DNA of 32,000 nucleotides from Methylorubrum extorquens (GTDB taxonomy: Bacteria; Pseudomonadota; Alphaproteobacteria; Rhizobiales; Beijerinckiaceae). The translations under genes were made by a program, and so were the position numbers. Positions 16,162 to 25,025 of the stretch are shown here, piece after piece; positions within the stretch are counted from its first letter, which is position 1; each line of letters opens with the position of its first letter. The notes under the pieces were generated by a model, which saw nothing but the letters and a program-made list of their open reading frames with translations, did not search any database and was not told the origin of the DNA. Where the stretch lies: NCBI GenBank assembly GCA_900234795.1, contig LT962688.1:5220001-5252000 (forward strand), written 5' to 3'.

Positions 16162-17472
16162 ATGGATTCGAGCGGCGACTTCGCGAGCCTGCCTTTAGCC
16201 GAGCCGGCGCCCCCGTCTTTGGTGCCCGATACGGTCTCGCACCGGCCGGTCTTTTCCGTCGAGGTCGCGACCGCGCCGCGCTTTCGCTCGCTTGCTGCGG
16301 AATGGCGCCGGCTGGTCCGGCGCTGCGCCGAGCCGAACGTGTTCATGGAGCCCGCCGTCGCGGGTGCGATGTACACCGCGACCGAGACGCCGCTGCACGT
16401 CCTCCTCGCCTGGTCCCGCCGCGGCGGGGAAGAGGCCGAATTGATCGGTGTCTGGCTCCTCGTGGTCGGACGGCCCTCGTCGCGCCTGCCGATCCGGACG
16501 CTCGAAGCCCCGTGTAATTCGCTGACCTTCCTCGGCTCGCCGGTGCTCGATCGCGACCATGCGATCGAGGCCCTGTCGGCGATGCTCGATGCCATCGCCG
16601 AGAATCCCACCCTGCCGAAGCTGATCTGTGCCAACCAGATCGCGATGGACGGGGCGGTCTACGCCGCCCTCGTCGGCGCGGCTGGCCGGCGGGGGTTCCA
16701 CATCGTCGAGATCGAGCGCCGGCAGCGCGCCCGGCTCGATGCGCCGGTTGCGGGACAGGCTGCGCCGGCCCTTCCCGTTTCCTCGAAGCGGCGGGCCGAG
16801 TTGCGGCGCCATCGCAAGCGGCTCGCGGAGCAGGGCGAACTGCGCCAGATCAGCTCTCGCAAGCCGGAGGAGGTCAGCGCGGCGTTCCAGGAATTCCTCG
16901 ATCTGGAGGCCGCGGGCTGGAAGGGCCGCAAGAGCCGGCGCGGACGGGCGATCCGCAACGCGCCGCCGCTCTGCGCCTTTGCCCAGACGATGATCGTGGG
17001 GTTGGCGCGGGACGGCTGTGCCGGCATCGAGACCCTGCGCCTCGACGGCCGGGCCATCGCGATGAACATCTGGCTGCGCTCCGGCCGCACGGCCTTCGGC
17101 TGGAAGATGGCGTATGACGAGGCTTACGCGAAATGGGGGCCCGGCTCGCTGCTGATGGAGGCGACGACGGAGACGGCGTTCGCGGATGGGACCATCGACA
17201 CCATCGATTCCTGCAACCGCGACACCTCGGCGGCGCTGGCGCAGATCTGGCCGGAGCGCCGCGAGATCGCGGATCTCCTGATCGACGTCTCCCCCGGCGG
17301 CTCCCTGCGCGGCCGGTTGACGGCCCTGTCGGAGACCCTGTTCCGGCGCGGGCGCGGCGTTGCCCGCCGGACCTACAAGACCCACGTCAAGCCGGTCTAT
17401 TTGCGGGCCCTGGCCCGGCTGACCGCGGAGCCGCGATCCGGATCGGGCAAGCAGGGGAAGACCGACGGGTAG
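16162..17472 (+). CDS. GNAT-fold CelD/BcsL (FemAB-like, Acetyltransf_6) family protein
   Basis: FRSLAAEWRRLVRRCAEPNVFMEPAV at the N-terminus. Later FQEFLDLEAAGWKGRKSRRGRAI...LRLDGRAIAMNIWLRSGRTAFGWKMAYDEAYAKWGPGSLLM, the pattern I associate with CelD-like acetyltransferases. ATG 16162 follows GGGAGAGGGG. The track start at 16117 has no SD. Confidence 0.7.
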   Translation: MDSSGDFASLPLAEPAPPSLVPDTVSHRPVFSVEVATAPRFRSLAAEWRRLVRRCAEPNVFMEPAVAGAMYTATETPLHVLLAWSRRGGEEAELIGVWLLVVGRPSSRLPIRTLEAPCNSLTFLGSPVLDRDHAIEALSAMLDAIAENPTLPKLICANQIAMDGAVYAALVGAAGRRGFHIVEIERRQRARLDAPVAGQAAPALPVSSKRRAELRRHRKRLAEQGELRQISSRKPEEVSAAFQEFLDLEAAGWKGRKSRRGRAIRNAPPLCAFAQTMIVGLARDGCAGIETLRLDGRAIAMNIWLRSGRTAFGWKMAYDEAYAKWGPGSLLMEATTETAFADGTIDTIDSCNRDTSAALAQIWPERREIADLLIDVSPGGSLRGRLTALSETLFRRGRGVARRTYKTHVKPVYLRALARLTAEPRSGSGKQGKTDG

Positions 17473-17491
17473 GAGGTCCGAACCTGGCGGA

Positions 17492-17998
17492 TCAGGGCGC
17501 GACCGGCTTCTCCGTGCCGGCGCGATCGACCCGCGCCTCCGGCCGGCTGTCGGTCGAGGCGAAGTAAGGCTTGATGTCGAGCAGCGGCGTGCCGTCGATG
17601 CAGTCGAGCCCGCGCACGCGGACGGTGCCGTCGGCGATGTCGAGCCGCTCGACCACGGACAGGGCGATGGGGTTCGGCCGCGCCGGCGAGCGGAGCGAGA
17701 AGGTGCCGCGGCTGCCCGGTGCGTGGCGCGGCTGCTGGCGCACGAGGTCGCGGGCGGCCCGGTCCATCCAGTAGAGCACGATCAGATGCGTGGCGCCCTC
17801 CAGGTTCTGGAGCGCGGGCCGGTAGGCGGCATCAACTTCGAGGGTGCAGACCGCGTCCGTCTGCGTGCCGTTCTTCGGGCACTCGCCCCGGTTCTGCCAC
17901 GGCGTGCGCACCCGGCCGATGAAGTAGAGGCCGGCATCGTAGTCGGCGGGCAGCGGGATCGCCTCCTCGCCGGGGCGCCGCTCGACATCCTCGTTCAT
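17492..17998 (-). CDS. trmO: tRNA (t6A37) methyltransferase TrmO (TsaA/YaeB family)
   Basis: FIGRVRTPWQNRGECPKNG, HLIVLYWMDRA, GTFSLRSPARPNPIALSVVERL, GLDCIDGTPLLDIKPYF. The ATG at 17998 (MNEDVERRPGEE) is preferred to the Arg/Gly-rich extension reaching 18079. Confidence 0.88.
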   Translation of the reverse strand: MNEDVERRPGEEAIPLPADYDAGLYFIGRVRTPWQNRGECPKNGTQTDAVCTLEVDAAYRPALQNLEGATHLIVLYWMDRAARDLVRQQPRHAPGSRGTFSLRSPARPNPIALSVVERLDIADGTVRVRGLDCIDGTPLLDIKPYFASTDSRPEARVDRAGTEKPVAP

Positions 17999-18063
17999 CC
18001 GCTCTCGCTTCCCCGTTCGGCGATGCATGCCTTGTCGCCCCGGTGTGCCGCCGCCGCAAGGTG

Positions 18064-18142
18064 GGCAGGTCCTCGGCAAGGGCAGGTCCTTGGCAAGGCA
18101 AGCCTCTTGCTGGTCTCGCTGCCAACTCGTCTCGCTGCCAAC
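18064..18142. repeat. Two different tandem direct repeats in the trmO/amn divergent intergenic region
   Basis: GGCAGGTCCTCGGCAAG (18064-18080) and GGCAGGTCCTTGGCAAG (18081-18097) are adjacent with 1 mismatch. GTCTCGCTGCCAAC occurs at 18113-18126 and 18129-18142 (perfect, 16-bp period). Confidence 0.9.
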
Positions 18143-18179
18143 AGCGGTGTAGACGTCTTGGGGTCAGCGGGGAGAGCAC

Positions 18180-19667
18180 ATGGTCATCGACGAGTTGCGG
18201 CCGATGGAGGCCGTTGCCGATGCGGAGACGGCCGTGGATCGGCTCGAGGCGCTGCATGCGGGCGCGACCCAGGCGCTCCAGGCGGCCCTGGCGCGCTACC
18301 TCGAACATCGCATCGCCCCGGACGCGACCGAACGGCTCCAGTTCCGCTACCCCGAGCTGCGTCTGACCTACCAGCCCGCGGGGCCGCTGCCGCGGCTCAA
18401 CCGGGCCACCGCCAAGTTCCAGGCGCCCGGCCTCTACGCCACCACGGTGACGCAGCCCGGCTATTTCCGCGCCTATCTCCTGGAGCAATTGCGGCCGCTC
18501 GTGCGCGATTACGGCGCCAGCATCGAGGTTGGCCTGTCGGCCCAGGAGATTCCCTATCCCTACATCGTCGAGCCCGGCACCGATCTCGGTGGCAGCGGCG
18601 TCAGCACCAGCGATCTCGCCACCCTGTTCCCGACGCCGCTCCTCTCGGTCGTGGGCGACGAGGTCGCCGATGGCCTGTGGCTGGAGAATGCGGGCGATCC
18701 GCGCCCGCTCGCTTTGTTCGACGGGGTGCGCACCGACTACTCCCTGCGCCGGCTCGTGCATTACACCGGCTCGGACTGGCGCGAGATCCAGCCCTGGATC
18801 CTGCTGACCAATTATCACCGCTACGTCGACGGCTTCGTCCGCCATGGGCTGGAGCGTCTGGCGGCAGGGGAGGGGGAGCGGCTGGTGCTGCCCGGCGGGA
18901 TCGTCGTGGAGCAGGCGGAGGCCGCCTCGGCCGATCCGGCGGCGCTGATCGCCGCCTCGCCCTGGCACAAGTACCAGATGCCGGCCTACCACCTCGTCGG
19001 CCGTGGGCCGGACGGGGCGCCGCAGGGCACGACGCTGGTCAATATCGGCGTCGGCCCCTCCAACGCCAAAACCATCACCGACCATCTCGCCGTGCTGCGC
19101 CCGCATTGCTGGCTGATGGTCGGGCATTGCGGCGGATTGCGTCAGTCCCAGACCATCGGCGACTACGTGCTCGCCCACGGATATCTGCGCCGCGACCGCA
19201 TCCTCGACGACCTTGTGCCGCCGGAGATTCCGGTGCCGGCTTTGGCCGAGGTGCAGATCGCCCTGCAAGCGGCGGCGGCGGCCGTCACCGGAGAGCGGGC
19301 CGACGCGCTGAAGCAGCGCCTGCGCACCGGCACGGTCGTGACCTACGACGATCGCAACTGGGAGCTTCGCTTCAGCCAGGAGCGGCGGCGCATCAACCTC
19401 TCGCGGGCGATCGCGGTGGACATGGAGAGCGGCACCATCGCCGCGCAGGGTTATCGCCTGCGGGTGCCCTACGGCACGCTGCTCTGCGTCTCCGACAAGC
19501 CGCTGCACGGCGAGATCAAGTTGCCGGGCGCGGCCAACGCCTTCTACGAGCGGGCGGTGGCCGAGCATCTCAAGATCGGGCTCGCCACGCTCGACACCCT
19601 GCGCGCCGACCGGGCCGGCCTTCACTCGCGCAAGCTCCGCAGCTTCGACGAGCCGCCGTTCCGGTAA
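18180..19667 (+). CDS. amn: AMP nucleosidase
   Basis: 495-aa ORF with SD GGGGAGAG. Contains LLTNYHRYVDGFV, GTTLVNIGVGPSNAKTITDHLAVLRPHCWLMVGHCGGL and AVDMESGTIAAQGY. Length and motifs fit Amn. Confidence 0.9.
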   Translation: MVIDELRPMEAVADAETAVDRLEALHAGATQALQAALARYLEHRIAPDATERLQFRYPELRLTYQPAGPLPRLNRATAKFQAPGLYATTVTQPGYFRAYLLEQLRPLVRDYGASIEVGLSAQEIPYPYIVEPGTDLGGSGVSTSDLATLFPTPLLSVVGDEVADGLWLENAGDPRPLALFDGVRTDYSLRRLVHYTGSDWREIQPWILLTNYHRYVDGFVRHGLERLAAGEGERLVLPGGIVVEQAEAASADPAALIAASPWHKYQMPAYHLVGRGPDGAPQGTTLVNIGVGPSNAKTITDHLAVLRPHCWLMVGHCGGLRQSQTIGDYVLAHGYLRRDRILDDLVPPEIPVPALAEVQIALQAAAAAVTGERADALKQRLRTGTVVTYDDRNWELRFSQERRRINLSRAIAVDMESGTIAAQGYRLRVPYGTLLCVSDKPLHGEIKLPGAANAFYERAVAEHLKIGLATLDTLRADRAGLHSRKLRSFDEPPFR

Positions 19668-19674
19668 AAGTTCG

Positions 19675-19786
19675 GGGATTCAAAAGGGCAAGCCCTTCTC
19701 ATAGGGTCCAGGGCGGAGCCCTGGTTGAAGGGATGCCGGGGCGCTGCCCCGGCGCCCCGCCAAAGGGATGATCCCTTTGGAATCCC
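19675..19786. repeat. REP/MITE-like palindromic element filling the amn/MCP convergent gap; probably also bidirectional terminators
   Basis: Terminal inverted repeats GGGATTCAAAAGGG (19675-19688) and CCCTTTGGAATCCC (19773-19786) match at 13/14. Internal hairpins are CCAGGGC-gga-GCCCTGG (19708-19724), GCCGGGGC-gct-GCCCCGGC (19735-19753) and the 21-bp palindrome CCAAAGGGAT-g-ATCCCTTTGG (19760-19780). Confidence 0.6.
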
Positions 19787-19795
19787 GTCGGCCGT

Positions 19796-21559
19796 TTATG
19801 CCGCCCGCACCGTGGCGAGGAACTGCGAGACCTGGGCGCGCAGGGCCTCGGACTGGCGTGACAGCTCGCCTGCGGCGCCGAGCACTTGGCTGGCCGCCGC
19901 GCCCGTCTCCTCGGCGGCGTTGGCCACGCCCACGATGTTGCCCGTCACCTGCGACGTGCCAGACGAGGCCTGGGTGACGTTGCGGACGATCTCCTGCGTC
20001 GCCGCGCCCTGCTGCTCCACCGCCGCGGCGATGGCGGTCGCCGTCGTGTCGATGTCGCGGATGCGGCCGGCGATGTCGCCGATCGCCGCGACCGCCTCAC
20101 CGGTCACGCCCTGGATCTGCCCGATCTGGCCGGAGATCTCTCCGGTCGCCCGGGCGGTCTGGTTGGCGAGTTCCTTGACCTCCGCCGCGACCACCGCGAA
20201 GCCGCGGCCGGCCTCCCCCGCGCGGGCCGCCTCGATGGTGGCGTTCAGCGCCAGAAGGTTGGTCTGTCCGGCGATGGAGGAGATCAGCCCGACCACGTCG
20301 CCGATGCGACCCATGGCAGCGTTCAGTTCCTGGACGAGATGCGCGGTCCGGTCCGACTGCGTGACGGCGGCCTGCGCCAGATCGGTGGAGCCCGCCACCT
20401 GCCGGCCGATCTCGGCGACCGAGCTGCCGAGTTCCTCGGCGGCGGAGGCCACGGTGTTGACGTTGGTCGCGGCCTCTTCCGCGGCCGCGGCGACGGTGGT
20501 CGCCTGGGTGGCGGTCTCGGCTGCCGTCGCGGTCATGGTCGAGGCGGTGGCCTGAAGCTCGGTCGCCGAGGACGAGACCATGCCGACGATGCCGCCCACG
20601 GCCGTCTCGAAGCGGTCGGCCAGCTCGATCATCGTGCGCTTGCGCTCGGCGGCCGCCGCCTCGTCGGCAATGCGGCGCATCTCGGCCTGCTCGGTGGCCT
20701 TCTGCGCGACCATCTCGCGAATGCCCTCGACGGCGCGGCCGACCGCGCCGATCTCGTCGCCCCGCTTCGCCTCGGCGATGCTGGCGTCGATGTCGCCCTG
20801 CGCCATCCGCCGCAGCACCGACACGAGACGGCTGAGCGGGCGAACGATGCCGGAGACGACGATCAGGCCGGCCAGCCCGAGCGCGACAAGCAGAGCCAGG
20901 GCGGACCCTGCGATCAGGATGTTCGTCGCGAAGCGGGCATTCTCGAAGACCGCCTGTTTCTCCGCCTGCATTTCCTGACCGATGCGATCGATGCGGGCCT
21001 GCACCTGTCCCCGAAGCTTGGCGCGCACGGGAGCCGCCTCCTCCTGCGCGACCTTCATCGCGGCGACGCTCTCGTTCTTCAAACCCAGTTCGGTCGAGCG
21101 CCCCAGGATGTTGAAATATGTCTTCGCCGATTCGCGAAGCGCTTCGCTGGCGGCGCGATGTTCCGGCTCTCCCGCGAGTTCGGCCAACTTGTCGAGGGAC
21201 GCATGGCTCGCCGCAATCGCCGCATCCTGGCGGCTCTTGTAGCCTGCCACCTTCTCGCTGGCCGTTTCGATGATGATGTTGCGGTTCTGAATCGTCGCTT
21301 CGGTGATGTTGATCTGTGCCTTGAGGATATGCTCCTGCCGCGCGGCCTGCACGTCGGTGACGCGCTGCGTCTGATTGGCGATGCTGTCGAGTGAATACTT
21401 GGCATAGACGATCGAACCGACCGACGTTGCGGTCAGCAAGGCGAGCGGTATCGAGAGCGTGAGGGCGATCCGCGTGTTGTCGATGATGTTCACGGTGGCG
21501 GCCTCTGAATCAGAACTCCACCATGCTGTTATTTGATCTGCATTAATTTTCGATTGCAA
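19796..21559 (-). CDS. methyl-accepting chemotaxis protein (two TM segments, periplasmic helical sensor, HAMP, MA domain)
   Basis: The signalling hairpin [44 protein letters not shown] is the MCP signature. A HAMP-like segment [19 protein letters not shown] follows TM2. Alternative GTG start at 21493 ([17 protein letters not shown]). Confidence 0.92.
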   Translation of the reverse strand: MQSKINADQITAWWSSDSEAATVNIIDNTRIALTLSIPLALLTATSVGSIVYAKYSLDSIANQTQRVTDVQAARQEHILKAQINITEATIQNRNIIIETASEKVAGYKSRQDAAIAASHASLDKLAELAGEPEHRAASEALRESAKTYFNILGRSTELGLKNESVAAMKVAQEEAAPVRAKLRGQVQARIDRIGQEMQAEKQAVFENARFATNILIAGSALALLVALGLAGLIVVSGIVRPLSRLVSVLRRMAQGDIDASIAEAKRGDEIGAVGRAVEGIREMVAQKATEQAEMRRIADEAAAAERKRTMIELADRFETAVGGIVGMVSSSATELQATASTMTATAAETATQATTVAAAAEEAATNVNTVASAAEELGSSVAEIGRQVAGSTDLAQAAVTQSDRTAHLVQELNAAMGRIGDVVGLISSIAGQTNLLALNATIEAARAGEAGRGFAVVAAEVKELANQTARATGEISGQIGQIQGVTGEAVAAIGDIAGRIRDIDTTATAIAAAVEQQGAATQEIVRNVTQASSGTSQVTGNIVGVANAAEETGAAASQVLGAAGELSRQSEALRAQVSQFLATVRAA

Positions 21560-21699
21560 ATGGTGCGCCTCATCTGCCCTCTCAGCAAATTCGGCGGGGT
21601 TTGTCAGTGCAGAGGTGATTCAGAGCGCCGCACAAAGCTCTCGATCTCTGACCGTTCTCTCTGGCCATGACGGCGCACCAGGCGTTTTGTGAGAGACAC

Positions 21700-24192
21700 T
21701 CAGCGCTCGCGCTGCCACAACCCGGCACGCTCGGCGCGTGCCTGATCCTCGGCCTCGATGAGATCGCTCGGCGCGTCCTCGGCGGCCCGCGCCCCGCCCG
21801 CCGTCACGATCAGCGAGGCGAGGTCGTCGCCGTCCAGGCGGCAGCGCGAGGAGGCCGGATCGCCGGAGCAGACGATCTCTCGGCGGCGCAGATAGCGCGC
21901 GAGTTGGCGGGCGAGCGCCCCGCCCTCGCCGACGACGCCGAGCAGCCGCACCTTGCGCCCGCGGATTGTCAGCGTGCCGGTATCGACCACCTCGGGCACG
22001 CCGCGCACTTCGCCCGTGGCCGGGGTTGGCGCCGGGGCTGGGGCCACGGCGTTGGCCGGCGTCGGCTCCGCCCGTGCGGCGGAGGGAGCCGGGCGCTTTC
22101 GGCCCTTCAGCACCTTCTGTGCCCGTTCCACGAAGTCGTGGAAGACGCGGGCCGGGATGTCGCCGCCGGTCACCTTGTTCATCGGCGTGTTGTCGTCGTT
22201 GCCGACCCAGACGCCGACGATCATGTCCGGGGTCAGTCCGACGAACCACGCGTCGCGATAGTCTTGGCTGGTGCCGGTCTTGCCACCGACCGCGAGGCCG
22301 TTGACCCGTGCGGCCTTGCCGGTTCCGGATTCCACCACCGCCTGGAGCGAGTCGAGCATCATCGACTGGACCTGCGCGTCCATCGCCGCACCGGGCTTCG
22401 GCGCCGGGCGCTGGTAGAGCGGCTGCGGCGTGTTTCCCCGGATCGTGCGGACGATATAGGGCTCCACCGGCACGCCGGGGCCGAGCACGCCGGCATAGGC
22501 GCGGGTCATTTCGAGGAGCGAGACGTCGGCCGAGCCGAGGGCGAGACTCGGCACCTCCGGCAGGTCCGACTGCACCCCGAGGCGGCGCGCCTCGGCGACG
22601 ATTGCGGGCAGGCCGACCTCCTCGCCGAGCTGCGCCGCGATGGTGTTGACCGAGAGCGCGAAGGCCGAGCGCAGCGGCAGGGCGCCGCGGAACCGGTTGT
22701 TGGAGTTCTGCGGCTCCCACTCGCCGATCTGGGTCGGGCGGTCCACGAGCACGCTGTCGGGGAAGAATCCCTTCCCATAGGCCGCGAGGTAGACGAACAG
22801 CTTGAACAGCGAGCCCGCCTGCCGCTTGGCCTGGGTCGCGCGGTTGAACTGGCTGTCCTCATAGTCGCGGCCCCCCACCATGGCGAGGATCGCCCCGTCG
22901 GGCGCCATCGCCACGAGCGCGCCCTGGCCGACCTTCTTCTTTCCGCCCTCGCCGTCGAGGCGGCGGGCGAGCACGCCTTCGGCGAGGCTCTGGAGGTCGA
23001 GGTTGAGGGTCGAGCGCGCGGTGACGTCGCCGGCCGCCTCGGTCAGCCGCTTCACGTCGCCCGACACCGCGTCGAGGAAGTAGTTGGTGCCCGGCGGCGT
23101 CTCGGGCGGCGTGTGCAGGGTGAGCTTTTCCGCCCGCGCCTTGTCGGCCTCGGGTTGGCTGATCGCGCCGGTCTCGACCATGGCCTGGAGCACGAGGTCG
23201 GCCCGCTCCTTGGCGCCGCCGAAATTGCGGGTCGGGGCGAGCTGCGAGGGCGCACGCACGAGGCCGGCGAGCATCGCCGCCTCCGGCAGGGTCAGTCCCG
23301 CCGCCCCGTGTCCGAAATAGCGTCGCGCCGCCGCATCCGCCCCGTAGGCGCCGGCACCGAAATAGGCGGTGTTGAGATAGCCGACGAGGATCTCGGGCTT
23401 CGTCAGCGTGCTCTCGAGGCGCAGCGCCAGGAAGGCCTCCTGGATCTTGCGCTTGAGCGTCTTCTCCTGGGTGAGCGAAGTGAGCCGGGCATATTGCTGG
23501 GTGATGGTCGAGCCGCCCTCGCGCACGCCGCCGCCGGTCGCGTTGCGCCAGACGGCGCGGGCCATGCCGCGCAGGTCGATGCCCCAGTGGCTGTAGAAGC
23601 GCCGGTCCTCGATCGCGACGATCGCCTGGGCGAGGCGGGGCGGCAGGGTCTTCTCGGTCAGCCGCTCCCCCTGGAACGCGCCGCGGGTGGCGAAGGCACG
23701 CCCGCTCTCGGCCTCGACCACGAGGGCGCGCTGGTTTGCCTCCGGCGCCACCCCGCCGAGCGGCGGCAGGGAGGCGAAGGCGACAAAGACGTATCCGGTT
23801 AGGATCACCAGTGGCAGGCCGATCAGGACGGCCAATCCGATCACCCAGGGCCGACGGCGGCGGGGAGGGCGAGCGGAGGGATAATCGACGGGATCGCTTC
23901 GCGTTTCCGGCTGATCGACCGGGGCCGCGACGGGCGTTGCCGGTGCGGTGCGCGGCCCGGTCGAGCGGAGGCGGTCCGCGGTGCGAGCGAAGACCGGCCT
24001 GGCCCCGTTGGCTGCCCCCTTGGCCGCATCCCTGGCGGCGGCGGTTCCGCTGCGCCAAGCGCTGCGTCCCGCGCTCCCGGCGAGGCGGCCGAGCTGGCGC
24101 GCCAGCAAAGCGGCCGCCCGCGCGGCTTCGCGCGCTGCGGCCCGCGTCTCGGTCCCATCCTCGCCCGGCTTGTCCGGTCCCTGCGCCGTCAT
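21700..24192 (-). CDS. class A penicillin-binding protein (GT51 transglycosylase plus transpeptidase) with a long N-terminal tail and a C-terminal nuclease-fold-like domain
   Basis: GT51 motifs: EDRRFYSHWGID, GGSTITQQ, RKIQEAFLALRLE. Transpeptidase motifs: GSLFK (SxxK), SVN, KTGT. The N-terminal ~125 aa are Ala/Arg/Pro-rich before the TM segment. The last 104 aa resemble a thermonuclease (SNase) domain with altered catalytic motifs (see findings). The start codon is uncertain. Confidence 0.9.
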   Translation of the reverse strand: MTAQGPDKPGEDGTETRAAAREAARAAALLARQLGRLAGSAGRSAWRSGTAAARDAAKGAANGARPVFARTADRLRSTGPRTAPATPVAAPVDQPETRSDPVDYPSARPPRRRRPWVIGLAVLIGLPLVILTGYVFVAFASLPPLGGVAPEANQRALVVEAESGRAFATRGAFQGERLTEKTLPPRLAQAIVAIEDRRFYSHWGIDLRGMARAVWRNATGGGVREGGSTITQQYARLTSLTQEKTLKRKIQEAFLALRLESTLTKPEILVGYLNTAYFGAGAYGADAAARRYFGHGAAGLTLPEAAMLAGLVRAPSQLAPTRNFGGAKERADLVLQAMVETGAISQPEADKARAEKLTLHTPPETPPGTNYFLDAVSGDVKRLTEAAGDVTARSTLNLDLQSLAEGVLARRLDGEGGKKKVGQGALVAMAPDGAILAMVGGRDYEDSQFNRATQAKRQAGSLFKLFVYLAAYGKGFFPDSVLVDRPTQIGEWEPQNSNNRFRGALPLRSAFALSVNTIAAQLGEEVGLPAIVAEARRLGVQSDLPEVPSLALGSADVSLLEMTRAYAGVLGPGVPVEPYIVRTIRGNTPQPLYQRPAPKPGAAMDAQVQSMMLDSLQAVVESGTGKAARVNGLAVGGKTGTSQDYRDAWFVGLTPDMIVGVWVGNDDNTPMNKVTGGDIPARVFHDFVERAQKVLKGRKRPAPSAARAEPTPANAVAPAPAPTPATGEVRGVPEVVDTGTLTIRGRKVRLLGVVGEGGALARQLARYLRRREIVCSGDPASSRCRLDGDDLASLIVTAGGARAAEDAPSDLIEAEDQARAERAGLWQRER

Positions 24193-24489
24193 TGCGAACC
24201 GTTCGCCGCCCGCCGGAAATCACGCATCATGGGGCGGACCTTAGCGGAGCGGGGGCCGGCAAGGCTACGCGCCCGAAGGGGGGCGTGAAGATGGGCGCCG
24301 ATGGGTGGCCCCGGCGACACGCTCGGTCACCGCTCTCCTCGCTGCCGTCGTAGGATCCGGAATGGGGCAGGGCTGAGATCGAAGGCCGATCGGCTTGACC
24401 CTGCTCAGGGTTGGTGAGGGTGGAGGCCGGACCCTGCCCCTTTACCTGGAAGCGGATATCCCGGCTCCCCACGCCTTTCCGGCGCCCAC

Positions 24490-24942
24490 TCAATCGCCGC
24501 CCGCTTTCCTCACGCGAGTCTCGGTCCAGGTCAGGGAGCGTCCCTCGGCCGAGTGCAACGCCATACGTGCGACCGGGATGCCCGTTGCCGTGTCCACAAG
24601 GGCGGATCGGTTCTCGTCGGGACGATAGAGGAAATCCTCGCCCCACTGCCGAAGCGCGACGATGACGAGGAAGAGGCCGCGGCCCTTCTCCGTCAGAACG
24701 TATTCGCGGTAGGCGCTCCCGTCCGAAGCCGGCGCGGTCTCCAGGACGCCGCGCTCCGTGAGGTCGCGGAGCCGGGTCGCCAGCATGCCCTTCGCGATGC
24801 CGAGGCCTGCCTGAAACTCGCTGAAGCGCCGCACACCCTCGAAGGCGTCACGGATGATGAGGAGCGACCACCAGTCGCCGATGACGTCGAGGGCCCGCGC
24901 CACCGGGCATGCCGCTTTGCCGAAGCCGACCCGCTTCACCAT
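24490..24942 (-). CDS. HxlR-family (MarR-like winged helix) transcriptional regulator
   Basis: CPVARALDVIGDWWSLLIIRDAFEGVRRFSEFQAGLGIAKGMLATRLRDLTERGVLE is the HxlR signature. Divergent from the MFS genes. Confidence 0.9.
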   Translation of the reverse strand: MVKRVGFGKAACPVARALDVIGDWWSLLIIRDAFEGVRRFSEFQAGLGIAKGMLATRLRDLTERGVLETAPASDGSAYREYVLTEKGRGLFLVIVALRQWGEDFLYRPDENRSALVDTATGIPVARMALHSAEGRSLTWTETRVRKAGGD

Positions 24943-24969
24943 CCACCCTGCTCCTGCCCGAGCAATCTG

Positions 24970-24984
24970 GTTCTAACTTAGAAC
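24970..24984. promoter_or_regulatory. Palindrome GTTCTAA-C-TTAGAAC in the HxlR/MFS divergent gap; candidate operator
   Basis: Perfect 7-1-7 inverted repeat read directly, 28 bp upstream of the HxlR start and about 40-65 bp before the candidate MFS starts. Confidence 0.4.
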
Positions 24985-25025
24985 TGGATCATGGTGCGCA
25001 CAAGTGGTCTCAACATTGAACCAAA

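Noticed and set aside
24193-24489. A roughly 300-bp gap between the PBP start and the HxlR stop, with nested pairing (GCAGGG 24367-24372 / CCCTGC 24399-24404 around the palindrome GCCGATCGGC). Considered as a possible sRNA or known ncRNA.
   Set aside because: No match to SRP, tmRNA, 6S or riboswitch cores that I can recall. It is most simply the PBP promoter plus an HxlR terminator-like hairpin, and the evidence is too weak to list as a feature.
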